A stretch of 64,000 bases of DNA, from the IMG/VR virus record IMGVR_UViG_3300044974_000943; one strand, written 5' to 3'. The position numbers and the translations under genes were made by a program. The stretch's first letter is position 1. Every line of letters begins with the position of its first letter. The DNA is from a virus. The notes beneath the pieces are model-generated. The model did no database searches, was not told the DNA's origin, and was given only the letters and a program-made list of their open reading frames with translations. Of this stretch, positions 29,784 through 40,414 are shown one piece after another.

Positions 29784-30206
29784 TTAGCATCTGGCTTGAG
29801 GAGGATTCAGTAACGGCATCCAATGAGAGACATCACAAACAAATACCGCATACCCATCTGCAATATTTACAAACTGGTCATATTCTTTTAAGAACTGCAT
29901 CGGTACAGGATAATAGCTTCCACCTAGAAAAAGCTTATAACCTAGAAATACCGTACCATCTTTAGGCGCAGTTTCAATCGGTTGCCAAGCACTAAACAGT
30001 CGGGCAACTTCAGCAGCTTGAGTGTCGCTGTGGTTCAACGGGTTATCGTCATCCCAATCACCAACCTCTGCGGTCTGAGACTTGATTACATTAGGGGCAA
30101 TGCAATCGTTCGGGTAATTCGCATCTTCGAGGACGCGCTCAACTTCATCGGCTCCGAGGTGGTCGTGGTCGATTACTAAAACTTGTAGCAGATGTGCTTT
30201 CATCAA
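29784..30206 (-). CDS. DUF551-like domain protein
   Basis: WQPIETAPKDG...SHWMPL. Confidence 0.7.
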   Translation of the reverse strand: MMKAHLLQVLVIDHDHLGADEVERVLEDANYPNDCIAPNVIKSQTAEVGDWDDDNPLNHSDTQAAEVARLFSAWQPIETAPKDGTVFLGYKLFLGGSYYPVPMQFLKEYDQFVNIADGYAVFVCDVSHWMPLLNPPQARC

Positions 30207-31448
30207 TTCACCAATCTTGATTTCAATATGTTAGTGCCAGCCTTGATAACTAGCTGCTTCGTTTCTGAACTGTACTCGATAGTAATCTTTTTACCGTCTT
30301 CTGTAAATAACTCTAGAGGTACACTATTTTGTAGTTGTTGTGCCATAGTTTTACCTTGGCAGTTTCTTCAAATAGTTTTTAACAAGTTCCACGAAATCAA
30401 AATCCCGCGCTAAATCAAACATCACTTCACCAATACCAACATTCTTTCCTGCAATCTCGCGCACACGCTTTTCAAACGGATACTTTGCCAAAAGATGTTG
30501 TTGATAGTCCTCTTCTAATGTCGGGATATTCTCAGTCATAAGTTGAAAGCTCTGTTCCGCCTCAACCCACTCCCACCAAAGACCTTCTTTTAATAAAAAA
30601 GTATGTCCCAACTGTGCGGATTCCCATGAAATCTTGAATCCAGATGTTTCAGTCCGAAGATATTTTGCACCATTCTCAAATTCTATGAAACTCTTAGAAG
30701 ATTGATTTTCAGATATAATTTTCATGTTAGTTCACCAAAACATTTAATTGTGAGTTTAGATACTCTCGAACAGCATCATTATCTTCAATCCAATCTCCGT
30801 GTAGTGAGTATTGTTTGCAGTCATCAAGAATAGTCCATTTTGTGTCGTTAGTGCCGCCGAAGCTCATGTAGGCTGACAAAGTACTCGGATTGCCCTTCTG
30901 AAGCTCAGAGACGATTTTAGCTGCATCTCTGGAGCTAAGCACAACCTTAAATGCACCTTGCTGCTCGGAACGAATGATGTGAATTTTCTTGGGCGTAGTG
31001 ATTGGCACTTGTTCGACTTGACAAAACTCAAGCTGGTTGTAGTTAGGTCGCATTTTGTGCCTCGATTTCTGCTAGTGTCAAACAACACTGTGGAACAATA
31101 GTAACTTTCATCGGCATCTTCGTCCATATGCCTCTCGAAGGATTATAAACGTGAAGCTCGATTACTTCTTGACCAGTAAAGGATTGACCGCGAGATATGA
31201 GGCGATACTGGGGTTGACTCATGGCTTTACCATTCCTTGATAAATTGATTCAATATCTGGTGCTGCATCTACTTTGAATTTCTTCTCCTCGTCAACGTAC
31301 CACCATTGCTGCTCTATGGCTCTGTAGGCGAAGTAATAGTTTGCGAACAGTGGAATCCACATAATGTTGTCTTCATCGGTCTTGCGGAGCCAATCAAGGC
31401 TGTCTGCGGTGATATGTGCAGAAGAGGAATTGATGCGGTTGGTTTGGG

Positions 31449-32012
31449 TCATAGCTTGAAACTCAATGGGTTAGGTAAGACTTCCTCTTGGCTTAGAAAA
31501 CCTGTAACCATCTCTGATAATTCCTTGACGATTCTGGGATTCTCTTCTTTAAAATCTTTAATGTGGTCATCCTCTGTGTTCACACTCATCTTGAAAAGGT
31601 CTGTCACTAATGTTATTGCATTGATTGCCCTAACATTAGAGTTCTTTAGTTCCTTTGCTAGAGTAGCTACGTGCTTTTGTAAACGCGAGTTCTCCTCTAG
31701 TACCACTTCAAATTCTTCAGTGGAAAATTGTTGTGATTGTTTGGCTTCAAACTGTTTAGCCATATACAAAGAAAGTGTAGAAAATACAAAAGGATGGTTC
31801 TCAAACCACTCCCCAGATATACGGTAATCTTTCAACTCTTCGTGAATCGCTCTTTCTACGGTACAATCACCTTTGAAAGTTAGAAGCAGTTCTAACGGAT
31901 GGATAGTGTTAGTTTGAATCTGGGCAATCCTCCTGTTGGGGTCATTGGAAAAGCCAATTTTTACAACGTTGTCACCCTTATTTAGAATTGCGTAGATGTA
32001 GTTTTGTGTCAT
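31449..32012 (-). CDS. GIY-YIG (T5orf172/MUG113-like) nuclease-domain protein
   Basis: YIYAI...VKIGFS...RIAQIQT...E..IH...GEWF; paralog at 51447. Confidence 0.82.
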   Translation of the reverse strand: MTQNYIYAILNKGDNVVKIGFSNDPNRRIAQIQTNTIHPLELLLTFKGDCTVERAIHEELKDYRISGEWFENHPFVFSTLSLYMAKQFEAKQSQQFSTEEFEVVLEENSRLQKHVATLAKELKNSNVRAINAITLVTDLFKMSVNTEDDHIKDFKEENPRIVKELSEMVTGFLSQEEVLPNPLSFKL

Positions 32013-32013
32013 G

Positions 32014-32700
32014 TTATTGTTTTGGTTTAAAGAATTTAGTTGGGCAAGTTCCTGATTTGACAATCTCCCAATCTGCATTAAGTAAAACTTGTTCTACTTC
32101 TTTACTAGAAAGTGAAGTCGAAGCAATTTCTTTTTTCAATTCAGGGATAGTGATACGGCGTTTGTTAGGGCGAGACTCTAAAAGCACATAGGCTTTTTCA
32201 ATAATTAAGGATTCTAGTGTACCAACCTCTAAGAACTCCTTGTCATATCTCATGTAGTTTTTAGCTTGCATGATAGCCCTTGCGATAGTCGAGTTATCGA
32301 ACTCTGCATGACCGATAAAACGTTGAAGCTCTATTCTTAGGTAGTCGTAGCCGCGATACACTGTAGGTTTGTCAACCTGACCTCTCCAACTAATTTTTAT
32401 AGTGTCAGCTTTACTATCTTCTACAACATCAAACTCTGCAATCAGGTAAGAGTTGTTTTTCAGAATAATAGCTAACTTGTTTGCTCTAACATACTTTGTT
32501 GAATCTGCTTGCTTTAGTCTGGCTATTTCTGATGTTAGTAAAGCTACCATCAATTGCATGACCTTAATCATGTTCGTAGTAACTGGTTCGGCATCAAACT
32601 CGATAAGCTCGACAAGAATTTTTTTGGTTAGCTCGAAATCCACTGGCTCTTTTTTCAATTCGTTTTGTAGATTGTAGACTAAACTAGACTCGATTTGCAT
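32014..32700 (-). CDS. Hypothetical protein, paralog of 50770..51450
   Basis: Shared segments with 50770 (see findings); same size and same downstream partner type. Confidence 0.7.
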   Translation of the reverse strand: MQIESSLVYNLQNELKKEPVDFELTKKILVELIEFDAEPVTTNMIKVMQLMVALLTSEIARLKQADSTKYVRANKLAIILKNNSYLIAEFDVVEDSKADTIKISWRGQVDKPTVYRGYDYLRIELQRFIGHAEFDNSTIARAIMQAKNYMRYDKEFLEVGTLESLIIEKAYVLLESRPNKRRITIPELKKEIASTSLSSKEVEQVLLNADWEIVKSGTCPTKFFKPKQ

Positions 32701-34345
32701 CTATATTTTTTTGTTGGGTTGAACTCATATACTTAATATAACACACCCTATTACACACTAACCTTACCAATATATTCGTATTCGATATTTAGAGGTAGCT
32801 TTAGCGGGGTAAATTCACCAAAACCGCTTGCAGTAAGGATTGTAATAAATATAGTGTTTCCTATAATTCGTTTATTTTCTGCCGCCTATTTAACGATAGA
32901 ATGCGGGTTTCAGGTATCTATTTTTATAATTACATAGGTTTCATACATCATCGTCATCATCAGGAAGAATCCCAGCCGTCGGCGCTTGAGACAACTGGCG
33001 TTAGCCTAGCCCTTCGGCAATGAGAAAGACTTAGCTTCCTTATTCCTCTCATGTTCGCGCAACAGCTTCTTACAAACCACATACACGCTTTGCACTTCTT
33101 TGTCCTCATACTGCCTCAACATTTCTTTGTTATCCATAAAGACTCACTTCGTTCGTGTGCAGAAAAAGAAGGTGAGCGACAGCCAGCAAAGCGAAAAAAG
33201 GAGATGCTGCATAACAACACCTCCATCTCACTATTCGTTGTACTCTCGCCAGATTCGCTCAACTTCAGGTTCCTCGCAAACAGCACCTTCACTAGAATAG
33301 TTATGATGCCAATTCTTACCGTCTGGGGAGTAATAAGCCTCTACTATCTTGTCGTCATTGTCGTCAAAATGTAGCCACTCAATCTCACTGCCAGCTTCTT
33401 TTCTTCTCCACAAGGTATCATCTACATCCAACTGGACTGACCTACTAAGCACCTTCACGACATCCTTCGCACTAACCTCAACCTCACGACTAACTACTCG
33501 AAAACAATGCTGTAACTCCTTTTCCAGAACATTCTCATACCAATGATTAGCCGCCTCTTGCGATTCCCACCCTTCGGCAGTATTGTGCATCGAAGTTAGC
33601 CAGCCATGCGTAAAAGTGTTGTACTCAATAAACCATCTTGTAGTTTTCATAATGCTTGCGTAGTCCCATACCATTCGGCATCTTCAAAATTATCAAATGT
33701 AGCCAGATGTTCAATCACACCACTAGGGCGGATGGCTACAACGAACCACCAACCGCAGTTTTGTATCGCGGTCAAGTAAGTATAATCACACTTCTTTTCT
33801 GCCATATTAATAACTCCAAAATTTACTCTTGATGTATTCTTTCGTTTCTTCGCTTGGCTTTACAAGTTCACCCCAATCACTCTCTTCTGTAATCAACTGC
33901 GGGTCAATCACCGAAGCATCCTCACCATTGCGTTTTAGATGCTGCACAGCGCCTTGGCATGGCTTAGAGGTGTCTGAATGGCAAGCCCAAGTCTTACCGT
34001 GTTGCAGACGCATAATCTTGATGTCGTATGGAGTTGGAAGACATCCATAGCTTTGTGCAATGTCACTTGCTTCGCTACAAGCAAATGGACATGAACCATC
34101 AACATGACAAATTTCACTCATCTACTTAACTCCTAACACTGCACAAATACTTTCAACTTTTACGTTATCATCACCAAAACGTTCACGCATCCATCCGAGG
34201 GCATTAGCTTGAGTGTTGAATTGAATGTAAGCATATTGCTGATATCTCTCCCACTTCGGCATCTCAATTCCAAAAAAGAACCAAGGAGCATAGCGTTCGA
34301 CTGTGAAATATCCGTTGTCAAGTTCTACAATGCGATGTGTCAATT

Positions 34346-34816
34346 TCATAGCTGCGCTTCTCCTTCTACATAATAAGGTTTGGTTTTAATATAAGCCCAA
34401 TAACTCTCAACTACATCATCAGTCTTGAACTCGTCAGGCATAGCAGAAACAAATGGTGTGTGGTCGGTTGATACTTCTTTAAAAGCGAGAAGTTGATAAA
34501 AGACTGACTTCAAAGCTTGTGAGTGTGCAGGTAATTTTCCATAATGTTTTTCGTGACACTTACACAACTCTATACCATGAAGAGCTAACCAATTCATATT
34601 ACTTTTGGACTGACAAGCCCATTTAGTGCAAGGATGATTAACGTGCGATTTTGGTGAATACTCGTTGCCATCTTTTTTGTGGGGGAGTGCCAGACCGTGA
34701 TGAGCGCAAGCGACTGCAAGCATTTGAGCAGCTTCAAGCGCCATTTTACTAGCCACTTTGACTGGGACAAGTCTCGCCGCTTTGATTGGATTTTCGTGAA
34801 GTACGAAGATATTCAT
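34346..34816 (-). CDS. Pyrimidine-dimer DNA glycosylase (DenV-like) family protein
   Basis: MNIFVL...KMALEAAQML...HVNHPCTKW...AMPD. Confidence 0.75.
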   Translation of the reverse strand: MNIFVLHENPIKAARLVPVKVASKMALEAAQMLAVACAHHGLALPHKKDGNEYSPKSHVNHPCTKWACQSKSNMNWLALHGIELCKCHEKHYGKLPAHSQALKSVFYQLLAFKEVSTDHTPFVSAMPDEFKTDDVVESYWAYIKTKPYYVEGEAQL

Positions 34817-35163
34817 ATTATTCTAGGTTCTCTTAAATAAGGGTATCCATCGCTATATTCGTCACGCAATCTAAAGCCATATCTTTCATACCAATCCTCA
34901 AGTTGCTCAAGGGACAACCCTTTATGTGGAACACCTAAACAGACAGGCACTAATACAGCCGTGAAGCCAAGGGAATCAGCTAACCAACACACTTGACTTA
35001 ACAACCGACTACCAAGCTTCATGCCTCGAAATTGCGCTTCTACTTCGATTTCTTCCAAGATGATTTTCTTGTTGGTATGGTCGATAAGCAGATTCGCATT
35101 ACCTCGCCCTTGGGAGTCGCTTATTGTGGTTAGGATGTAGTGGGGCAGTAGTGAGTTAGTCAT
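34813..35163 (-). CDS. GNAT acetyltransferase
   Basis: QFRGMKLGSRLL motif A and WYERYGF. Confidence 0.8.
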   Translation of the reverse strand: MTNSLLPHYILTTISDSQGRGNANLLIDHTNKKIILEEIEVEAQFRGMKLGSRLLSQVCWLADSLGFTAVLVPVCLGVPHKGLSLEQLEDWYERYGFRLRDEYSDGYPYLREPRII

Positions 35164-36070
35164 GCTTGAACTCCCTTTTCACTACACGATATTTTGGGTC
35201 TGCATTCGGAAAAGCACTACTCCATCGTCTAGCTTCAGCAGCGTGTGCGTGAGCCATGATTTCTGAGGTGTGACCTCCAATTTTATCTGAACCAAGCCTT
35301 TCAGGATTCCAGTTTTTAGCGTCTTGCCATTGCCCATACTGAAAAGAAGATTTGTCGTAAGTATAGCAGTTCCATTGGACAAACCATCTGAAGTTTTGTG
35401 TAGGAGGTGCAACGTAATTTTCAAGTTGAGAAAAATCAAATTCCATAACATTACCCTTGAGGTAGAAAAAAGATAACTGAGTAAATAACCCAAGCATCAA
35501 CAATGAGTAGCGCCCAGAACCACCAATCGATACGAAAATCGAACTGAACTTGAGGAAGAACATCGTGTGCCAACTTCAGCGCGAGAATCGCGAGGGCAGA
35601 AAAGAATATGTAGAGTTTCATGCGGTAAGTCTCTCAATTAGCGATTGTGGGTTTGCAAATTGATGTTTGTAAACAGGTTTGCCTATAGCTTCCTCAACAA
35701 GACCGTGAAATGTGCTGAAAGTGTCGGTGCAAAGTAGTGGCTGGTTAAGTTGAAGTAGTGCAGCTTCTTTGACTGGCATAGTTTTCCACCAGCCAGATTG
35801 GGATAACTCGATAGCCTCTTGTTCCGTCAAGTCAGATTGCAGTTTTTCTTTGTAATTCATGATTTAGCCTGTAGTGTCAATGAAGCCTCGTCTCGAAGTC
35901 GAAGAACCAAACGCTTCTGGTCATCGGTCAGCACCCTTACATCCTCTTTCTGCCCACACTTGACAGCAGTATCAGCAGACATACAGGGGTCGCCAGTCTC
36001 AAGATAGTTTGCCCACATTTGTAGGGCGTGGAAATGTAGGTGTTTTGGTTTGCAGTTAAGAAAGTCCATG

Positions 36071-36724
36071 TTAAATTGCTCCGCCAGTCATATAAAGTGT
36101 AGGGAAGTATAGGTAATTAGAACCAGCTTGTTGTCTAATTTCTGTAGGTAAATTATGCGCTACAGCAAAATCCATCATCGATTCGTAGTAAGCGAACTCA
36201 GGGAATTTATCACGAATCTTGTCAATGTACCAACCATCAGATGAATACTCAGTGCCAGTCTTCACAATTGATTTGCGGTCAGTTGTCTCGGTGAATTGGC
36301 GGGAGTAGGGGATAATTTTACCTCCCTTGTACCAGACTTTGCAAATCGAAAGTGGAAAGTGTTGCACAACGCTAGTGTAGGTTGACTCTTTCATCACAAT
36401 CAACTGAACCTTTTCACCAGATTCTTCGTAATTGAAAACCCAGCGTACAAGAGGATTGCTGATGTACCTATCATCGTCAACCGAGAGTGCGGACTGCTCG
36501 ATGTTAGTGATGCCAATAGCTGCTAGTTGCGTCTTGAAGTGCCTTAGCAATGAGTTCTGAGGCACATAGAGGTAAACGTCCAAGTCCTTAGCCTGAAGAC
36601 CTAAATACCAGTCTCTCGGCGCACCGCCAGCAATGATGCAGTGAGGGTCGATTGCTTCTAGTTTTGCAAGTAGCGAGTCAGCTACACTTTGTTGCCACAC
36701 GATGAGAGAAGATGTACTAGCCAT
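36071..36724 (-). CDS. Nucleotidyltransferase (CCA/poly(A) polymerase head-like)
   Basis: IAGGAPRD...KDLDVY. Confidence 0.75.
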   Translation of the reverse strand: MASTSSLIVWQQSVADSLLAKLEAIDPHCIIAGGAPRDWYLGLQAKDLDVYLYVPQNSLLRHFKTQLAAIGITNIEQSALSVDDDRYISNPLVRWVFNYEESGEKVQLIVMKESTYTSVVQHFPLSICKVWYKGGKIIPYSRQFTETTDRKSIVKTGTEYSSDGWYIDKIRDKFPEFAYYESMMDFAVAHNLPTEIRQQAGSNYLYFPTLYMTGGAI

Positions 36725-37394
36725 TATTTGCCTCGAAATCCTTTAGTAGTTGAATCAATTTATCATCGGTCACATAGAAAAGGTCAGTACCTTCAGGCAG
36801 AGAATTTGAAATCAGTTGCCCCAATCTCAGTTCGGGAAATTTGCCCCAAGTCTGAAGTATTTGTGTGGTCATAATCAATCTTTTTCTGACCTCCTCGTTT
36901 TTAGCTTTGGCGGCAATTATCTGTAGATTCTCATTCTCCAACAAGTTTGGGACTACCCAAGGACTTTCCCTAATAGCAACAAGTGCAACTTTCGCTCTCT
37001 GCATTTTCAAGAAACCCGCAATAGTATCTTTAGTCTGTTGCGGAATTTTCATACTCTCAACGCGCCGAATGAAGCCGTGCAAACGTCTGTCAATTGATTG
37101 TTTTGAGTAGTGCAATGTCTGGTCTAAACTCTTGTTAATAAAAGCATTGAAGTCATCAAAGAAGTGAGATAACTTACAAAAGAGTCTGTAGCGATGGATA
37201 ACCCTGAAAGCTTCTTGTTGCTCTTGTATACCAATAGACTCTGAAACTAGAGGGAAGGAGTTAGTTTTAGTTACACCTTCAACAGCAGCATTGAGTATAC
37301 CAAGTACTGCATAATAATCTTTTGCAAAATTAACCAGTCCGAAACTCTTCTCGAAAGTACCAGACAAGTTGCAAACATTAAGTCTGTAGGTCAT
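36717..37394 (-). CDS. Hypothetical protein
   Basis: 225-aa ORF with C-terminal W..FPELRLGQLI segment. Confidence 0.6.
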   Translation of the reverse strand: MTYRLNVCNLSGTFEKSFGLVNFAKDYYAVLGILNAAVEGVTKTNSFPLVSESIGIQEQQEAFRVIHRYRLFCKLSHFFDDFNAFINKSLDQTLHYSKQSIDRRLHGFIRRVESMKIPQQTKDTIAGFLKMQRAKVALVAIRESPWVVPNLLENENLQIIAAKAKNEEVRKRLIMTTQILQTWGKFPELRLGQLISNSLPEGTDLFYVTDDKLIQLLKDFEANNG

Positions 37395-37852
37395 GGTTTC
37401 ACCTGTTTAACGTAGGGCAGAAAAAAATATTCAACGTATTCTCGAAGTAGCGGCTTGACATTAGCGACAATTTTACTGTCATCGATGCTGTTGATTAGTC
37501 CCGCAAAGCCACGAATGATAATCAGAGTATCAGAATGAGTCGGGTGTGTCAACAAAGCTCTGTGAACCAAAGAGTTGAAACGGGAAATGAATGACCTTAC
37601 CTTCCTTTCTGTGTGGCGCTCACCTCCGATTCCAATTACATAGTAGCCAATTTGATGCAGTAGCTCATTCTGATTAGTGGCGAACGCATAAGCCGCATCG
37701 GTGTAGCTATCACGCTTGTAGATTTGTCTAAAAAATTCTGAGTTGCGGTCAATTTTATGGAATGCGATGGAGAGAGGTAGGAAGTTAGTGGCTCGAAGTG
37801 TGTTCATTAGTATGTGTCTCCAATTTTGCTCCTATAGTAAATGAGGCGGTAC

Positions 37853-38218
37853 TTAGTGGTCAAGTACCGCGAGAGTGTTGCGAACCAAAAGGATAGGGAT
37901 ATCGAATTTCTCCAGTTGAGATTCCAAAGAAGGTTTTCGTTGCCAAGGTGCATCAATAACTACTAATTCAGGTTTGATTTTCTCAATTTTATCTTCTAGT
38001 TCAGAAAGGGAAAACAAGCGATTGAAATAGATGTTGTCGGGTTTGGGCGTAGAGAGCCAAGTATCACCTACGAGGCAAGAACTTCTACCAACAAGAGTCG
38101 AAATATCGTCGTCAGTAAAAATTAGCACCTTACCAGTTTCAGCAACTTTAGCTGCGAGAAGATAGGCTTGTCGAGTTTTACCAGATTTAGGTGAACCAGA
38201 AAGAATTGTGAGTGACAT
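37853..38218 (-). CDS. Short P-loop NTPase
   Basis: SGSPKSGKT and LVVID. Confidence 0.6.
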   Translation of the reverse strand: MSLTILSGSPKSGKTRQAYLLAAKVAETGKVLIFTDDDISTLVGRSSCLVGDTWLSTPKPDNIYFNRLFSLSELEDKIEKIKPELVVIDAPWQRKPSLESQLEKFDIPILLVRNTLAVLDH

Positions 38219-38696
38219 AATGATTGCTCCTTATAGAAAAGAAAGAGAACCTATAGCAGCCGTCAACCGTTCTTTGTTGGATACGGGTAACTGCGACTCT
38301 TGCCAATTACGCGAACGGGTAAGTCATCTTTTTCGGGTTCTGTGATAGGACTTATTGACATTGCCTGAAGATGTTAGAAAGGGCGCGTTTTTCCAGTTAT
38401 GGGGTCACGAGTGAAACCTTCTGGCAACTCTCGGTTTTCTTTAATAGCTTGACGAAAGCCTCTGATACTACCAACCACGAAAGCTTCAAGCACAATACCG
38501 ATACTGTAAATGAGGACGGGGTGCGCGATACCTAATGTAGTTGCATAGACAGCTAGAGCCAAGACTACAGATGCAGTATTACGATACACACTACGTTCAA
38601 ACTCAATCTCTTTTTCTGACATGATTAATTTCCTTAGTTAGTAACAAAATTGTAGAGTGAGGGAGGCTCTAGTATCACTCCCTCTGAAGACCTACC

Positions 38697-39761
38697 TTAT
38701 TCGCGGTAAGTGGTAGGGAGAAGCTGCTCAAGGTACTCGTTGACCTTGTTACGCGCACCACCAAAGATATTGCCCTTGAAAGCACTGCTCGGCTCCATAC
38801 CGCCATCCTTGCCTAGATATTTTTGCCAACCAGTTACAGAGTTCAAAACGCGATAACCAGTGTGTTCCTGACTACCGAAGATGTCCGTACTTGAAAGCTC
38901 GTTGTAAGCATCCCGTAGACCGCAGAATTTTACAACATTGCGTGGGTAAGTTTCATCTTCCTCTAGGTAGGTTGGAATCTCTGCTGTACGAGAGATATTG
39001 AGTAGGTCGCGAAAGATGGTATCGACTTGACCATATTCGAGAGTCAGGTTGTTGAGAGCGTGAAGGTGAGGGGCTGTTTGTTCATGGAAACGCATAGTTG
39101 CAACATCGATTAACTTACGCGCCTCTACGAGCCGTTGCTGAGGTGATACGCGATTGTCGTCAAGCCCGAAGAACTTGCCCAACTTCTTTTCTGACGCGCC
39201 GATTGCAGCATAGAGAGTATTCTTGCAAATTACTCTAAAGTCACTCCATACAAATCCACGCTTTGTCACTCCGTCATGGGATAGGGAGAGAATGAAGTAA
39301 GGCGTAATCTTGTCTTCTTCGCCACGAATGGTTATCACTTCATCAGGTACTTTGCAGTTAACAGCAAGGATGCCAAGCGAGTCAAAAGCCAGATAATCTT
39401 CGATTTGCAAGAGTCCTTCATCAGTAAACGGTTCGAGCCATTTGACACCTACAGGATATTGCAGAACATTGTAGCTGCTTGCAACTTTGAGTGCGTAGGT
39501 CTTACCCCGTTCGCCAGTGAAGATTTGCAGACCAGATTCAGTCTCGACATACTCTTGTCTAATGAATTGGGACTTGGCTTCATTGACAGGCTCACCGTCT
39601 TCATTGAGGTTAGGATGCTTGACTGCAACCCATGAATTGAGTTGAAGCTTGTCGATGATGTCTTGAGGATGGATAACGTCAACGATTTTGGAAGTTCCCA
39701 GTTGGGCGAAAAACCCAGTAGTCGAAACGTGGGTATGAAGGTCGGGTGTGGCTGTAGTCAT
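38697..39761 (-). CDS. DUF932-family protein
   Basis: YNVLQ, LSHDG, RVICKNTL. Confidence 0.75.
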   Translation of the reverse strand: MTTATPDLHTHVSTTGFFAQLGTSKIVDVIHPQDIIDKLQLNSWVAVKHPNLNEDGEPVNEAKSQFIRQEYVETESGLQIFTGERGKTYALKVASSYNVLQYPVGVKWLEPFTDEGLLQIEDYLAFDSLGILAVNCKVPDEVITIRGEEDKITPYFILSLSHDGVTKRGFVWSDFRVICKNTLYAAIGASEKKLGKFFGLDDNRVSPQQRLVEARKLIDVATMRFHEQTAPHLHALNNLTLEYGQVDTIFRDLLNISRTAEIPTYLEEDETYPRNVVKFCGLRDAYNELSSTDIFGSQEHTGYRVLNSVTGWQKYLGKDGGMEPSSAFKGNIFGGARNKVNEYLEQLLPTTYRE

Positions 39762-40021
39762 TTATTTATCGTCCTGAGTGAATGTTTCTATCGCTGTAGC
39801 GGTGCAGAAAAGGATAGTTCCAGCTAGGGTCAGTCCTTTGAGCCAGTTGTTAGTGAGAGGGCTAAATAATCCAAAAGCCACAATAATTGGAAGTCCGAAT
39901 GAGCAAGCAAGTTTCATTATTTTTTACCATCATCTTTAGGAGGTGTAATCATTGCAATAGTTACAGATATAATCCAAACCGTTAAACAGAAGCCAGTCCA
40001 AGGAAAAAACATTGATTGTAC

Positions 40022-40414
40022 CTAGTTAGAGGAAGAAGAGGTGGATTGAATGCGTAGTTTTGGAAGATTGCAAGAAGCAGTGTTTTCGGAAAGCCAGTTA
40101 GCACCACACTCTAGTTGAATGAAGCGTCCTTGTTTGTCCGTAGCTGTGCAGGAGATTCTACCATCATTATCTGTGTCCCACTGGTTGCAAGTACCAGCAG
40201 TCAGGTTGTTAGCGTGAGAGAATTGCACCAAGTTGTTGTAGGCTCGGTCATGAGCTTTGAGAGCTTCAGTGCCAAAAAGGTAGAGGAAGCCACCAACTGC
40301 ACCGATAGCTGCAACGATGACTAAGCCGCCCTTAATGGCTTCTACTGTGCGATACGAAGGAGTGAATCGGTCAATGATTGGGTTGAGCTTGTCGAAAATT
40401 TCTTTGGGTTTCAT
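40022..40414 (-). CDS. Membrane-anchored Cys-containing protein
   Basis: N-terminal TM helix; C...DTDNDGRISC...C...C. Confidence 0.6.
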   Translation of the reverse strand: MKPKEIFDKLNPIIDRFTPSYRTVEAIKGGLVIVAAIGAVGGFLYLFGTEALKAHDRAYNNLVQFSHANNLTAGTCNQWDTDNDGRISCTATDKQGRFIQLECGANWLSENTASCNLPKLRIQSTSSSSN

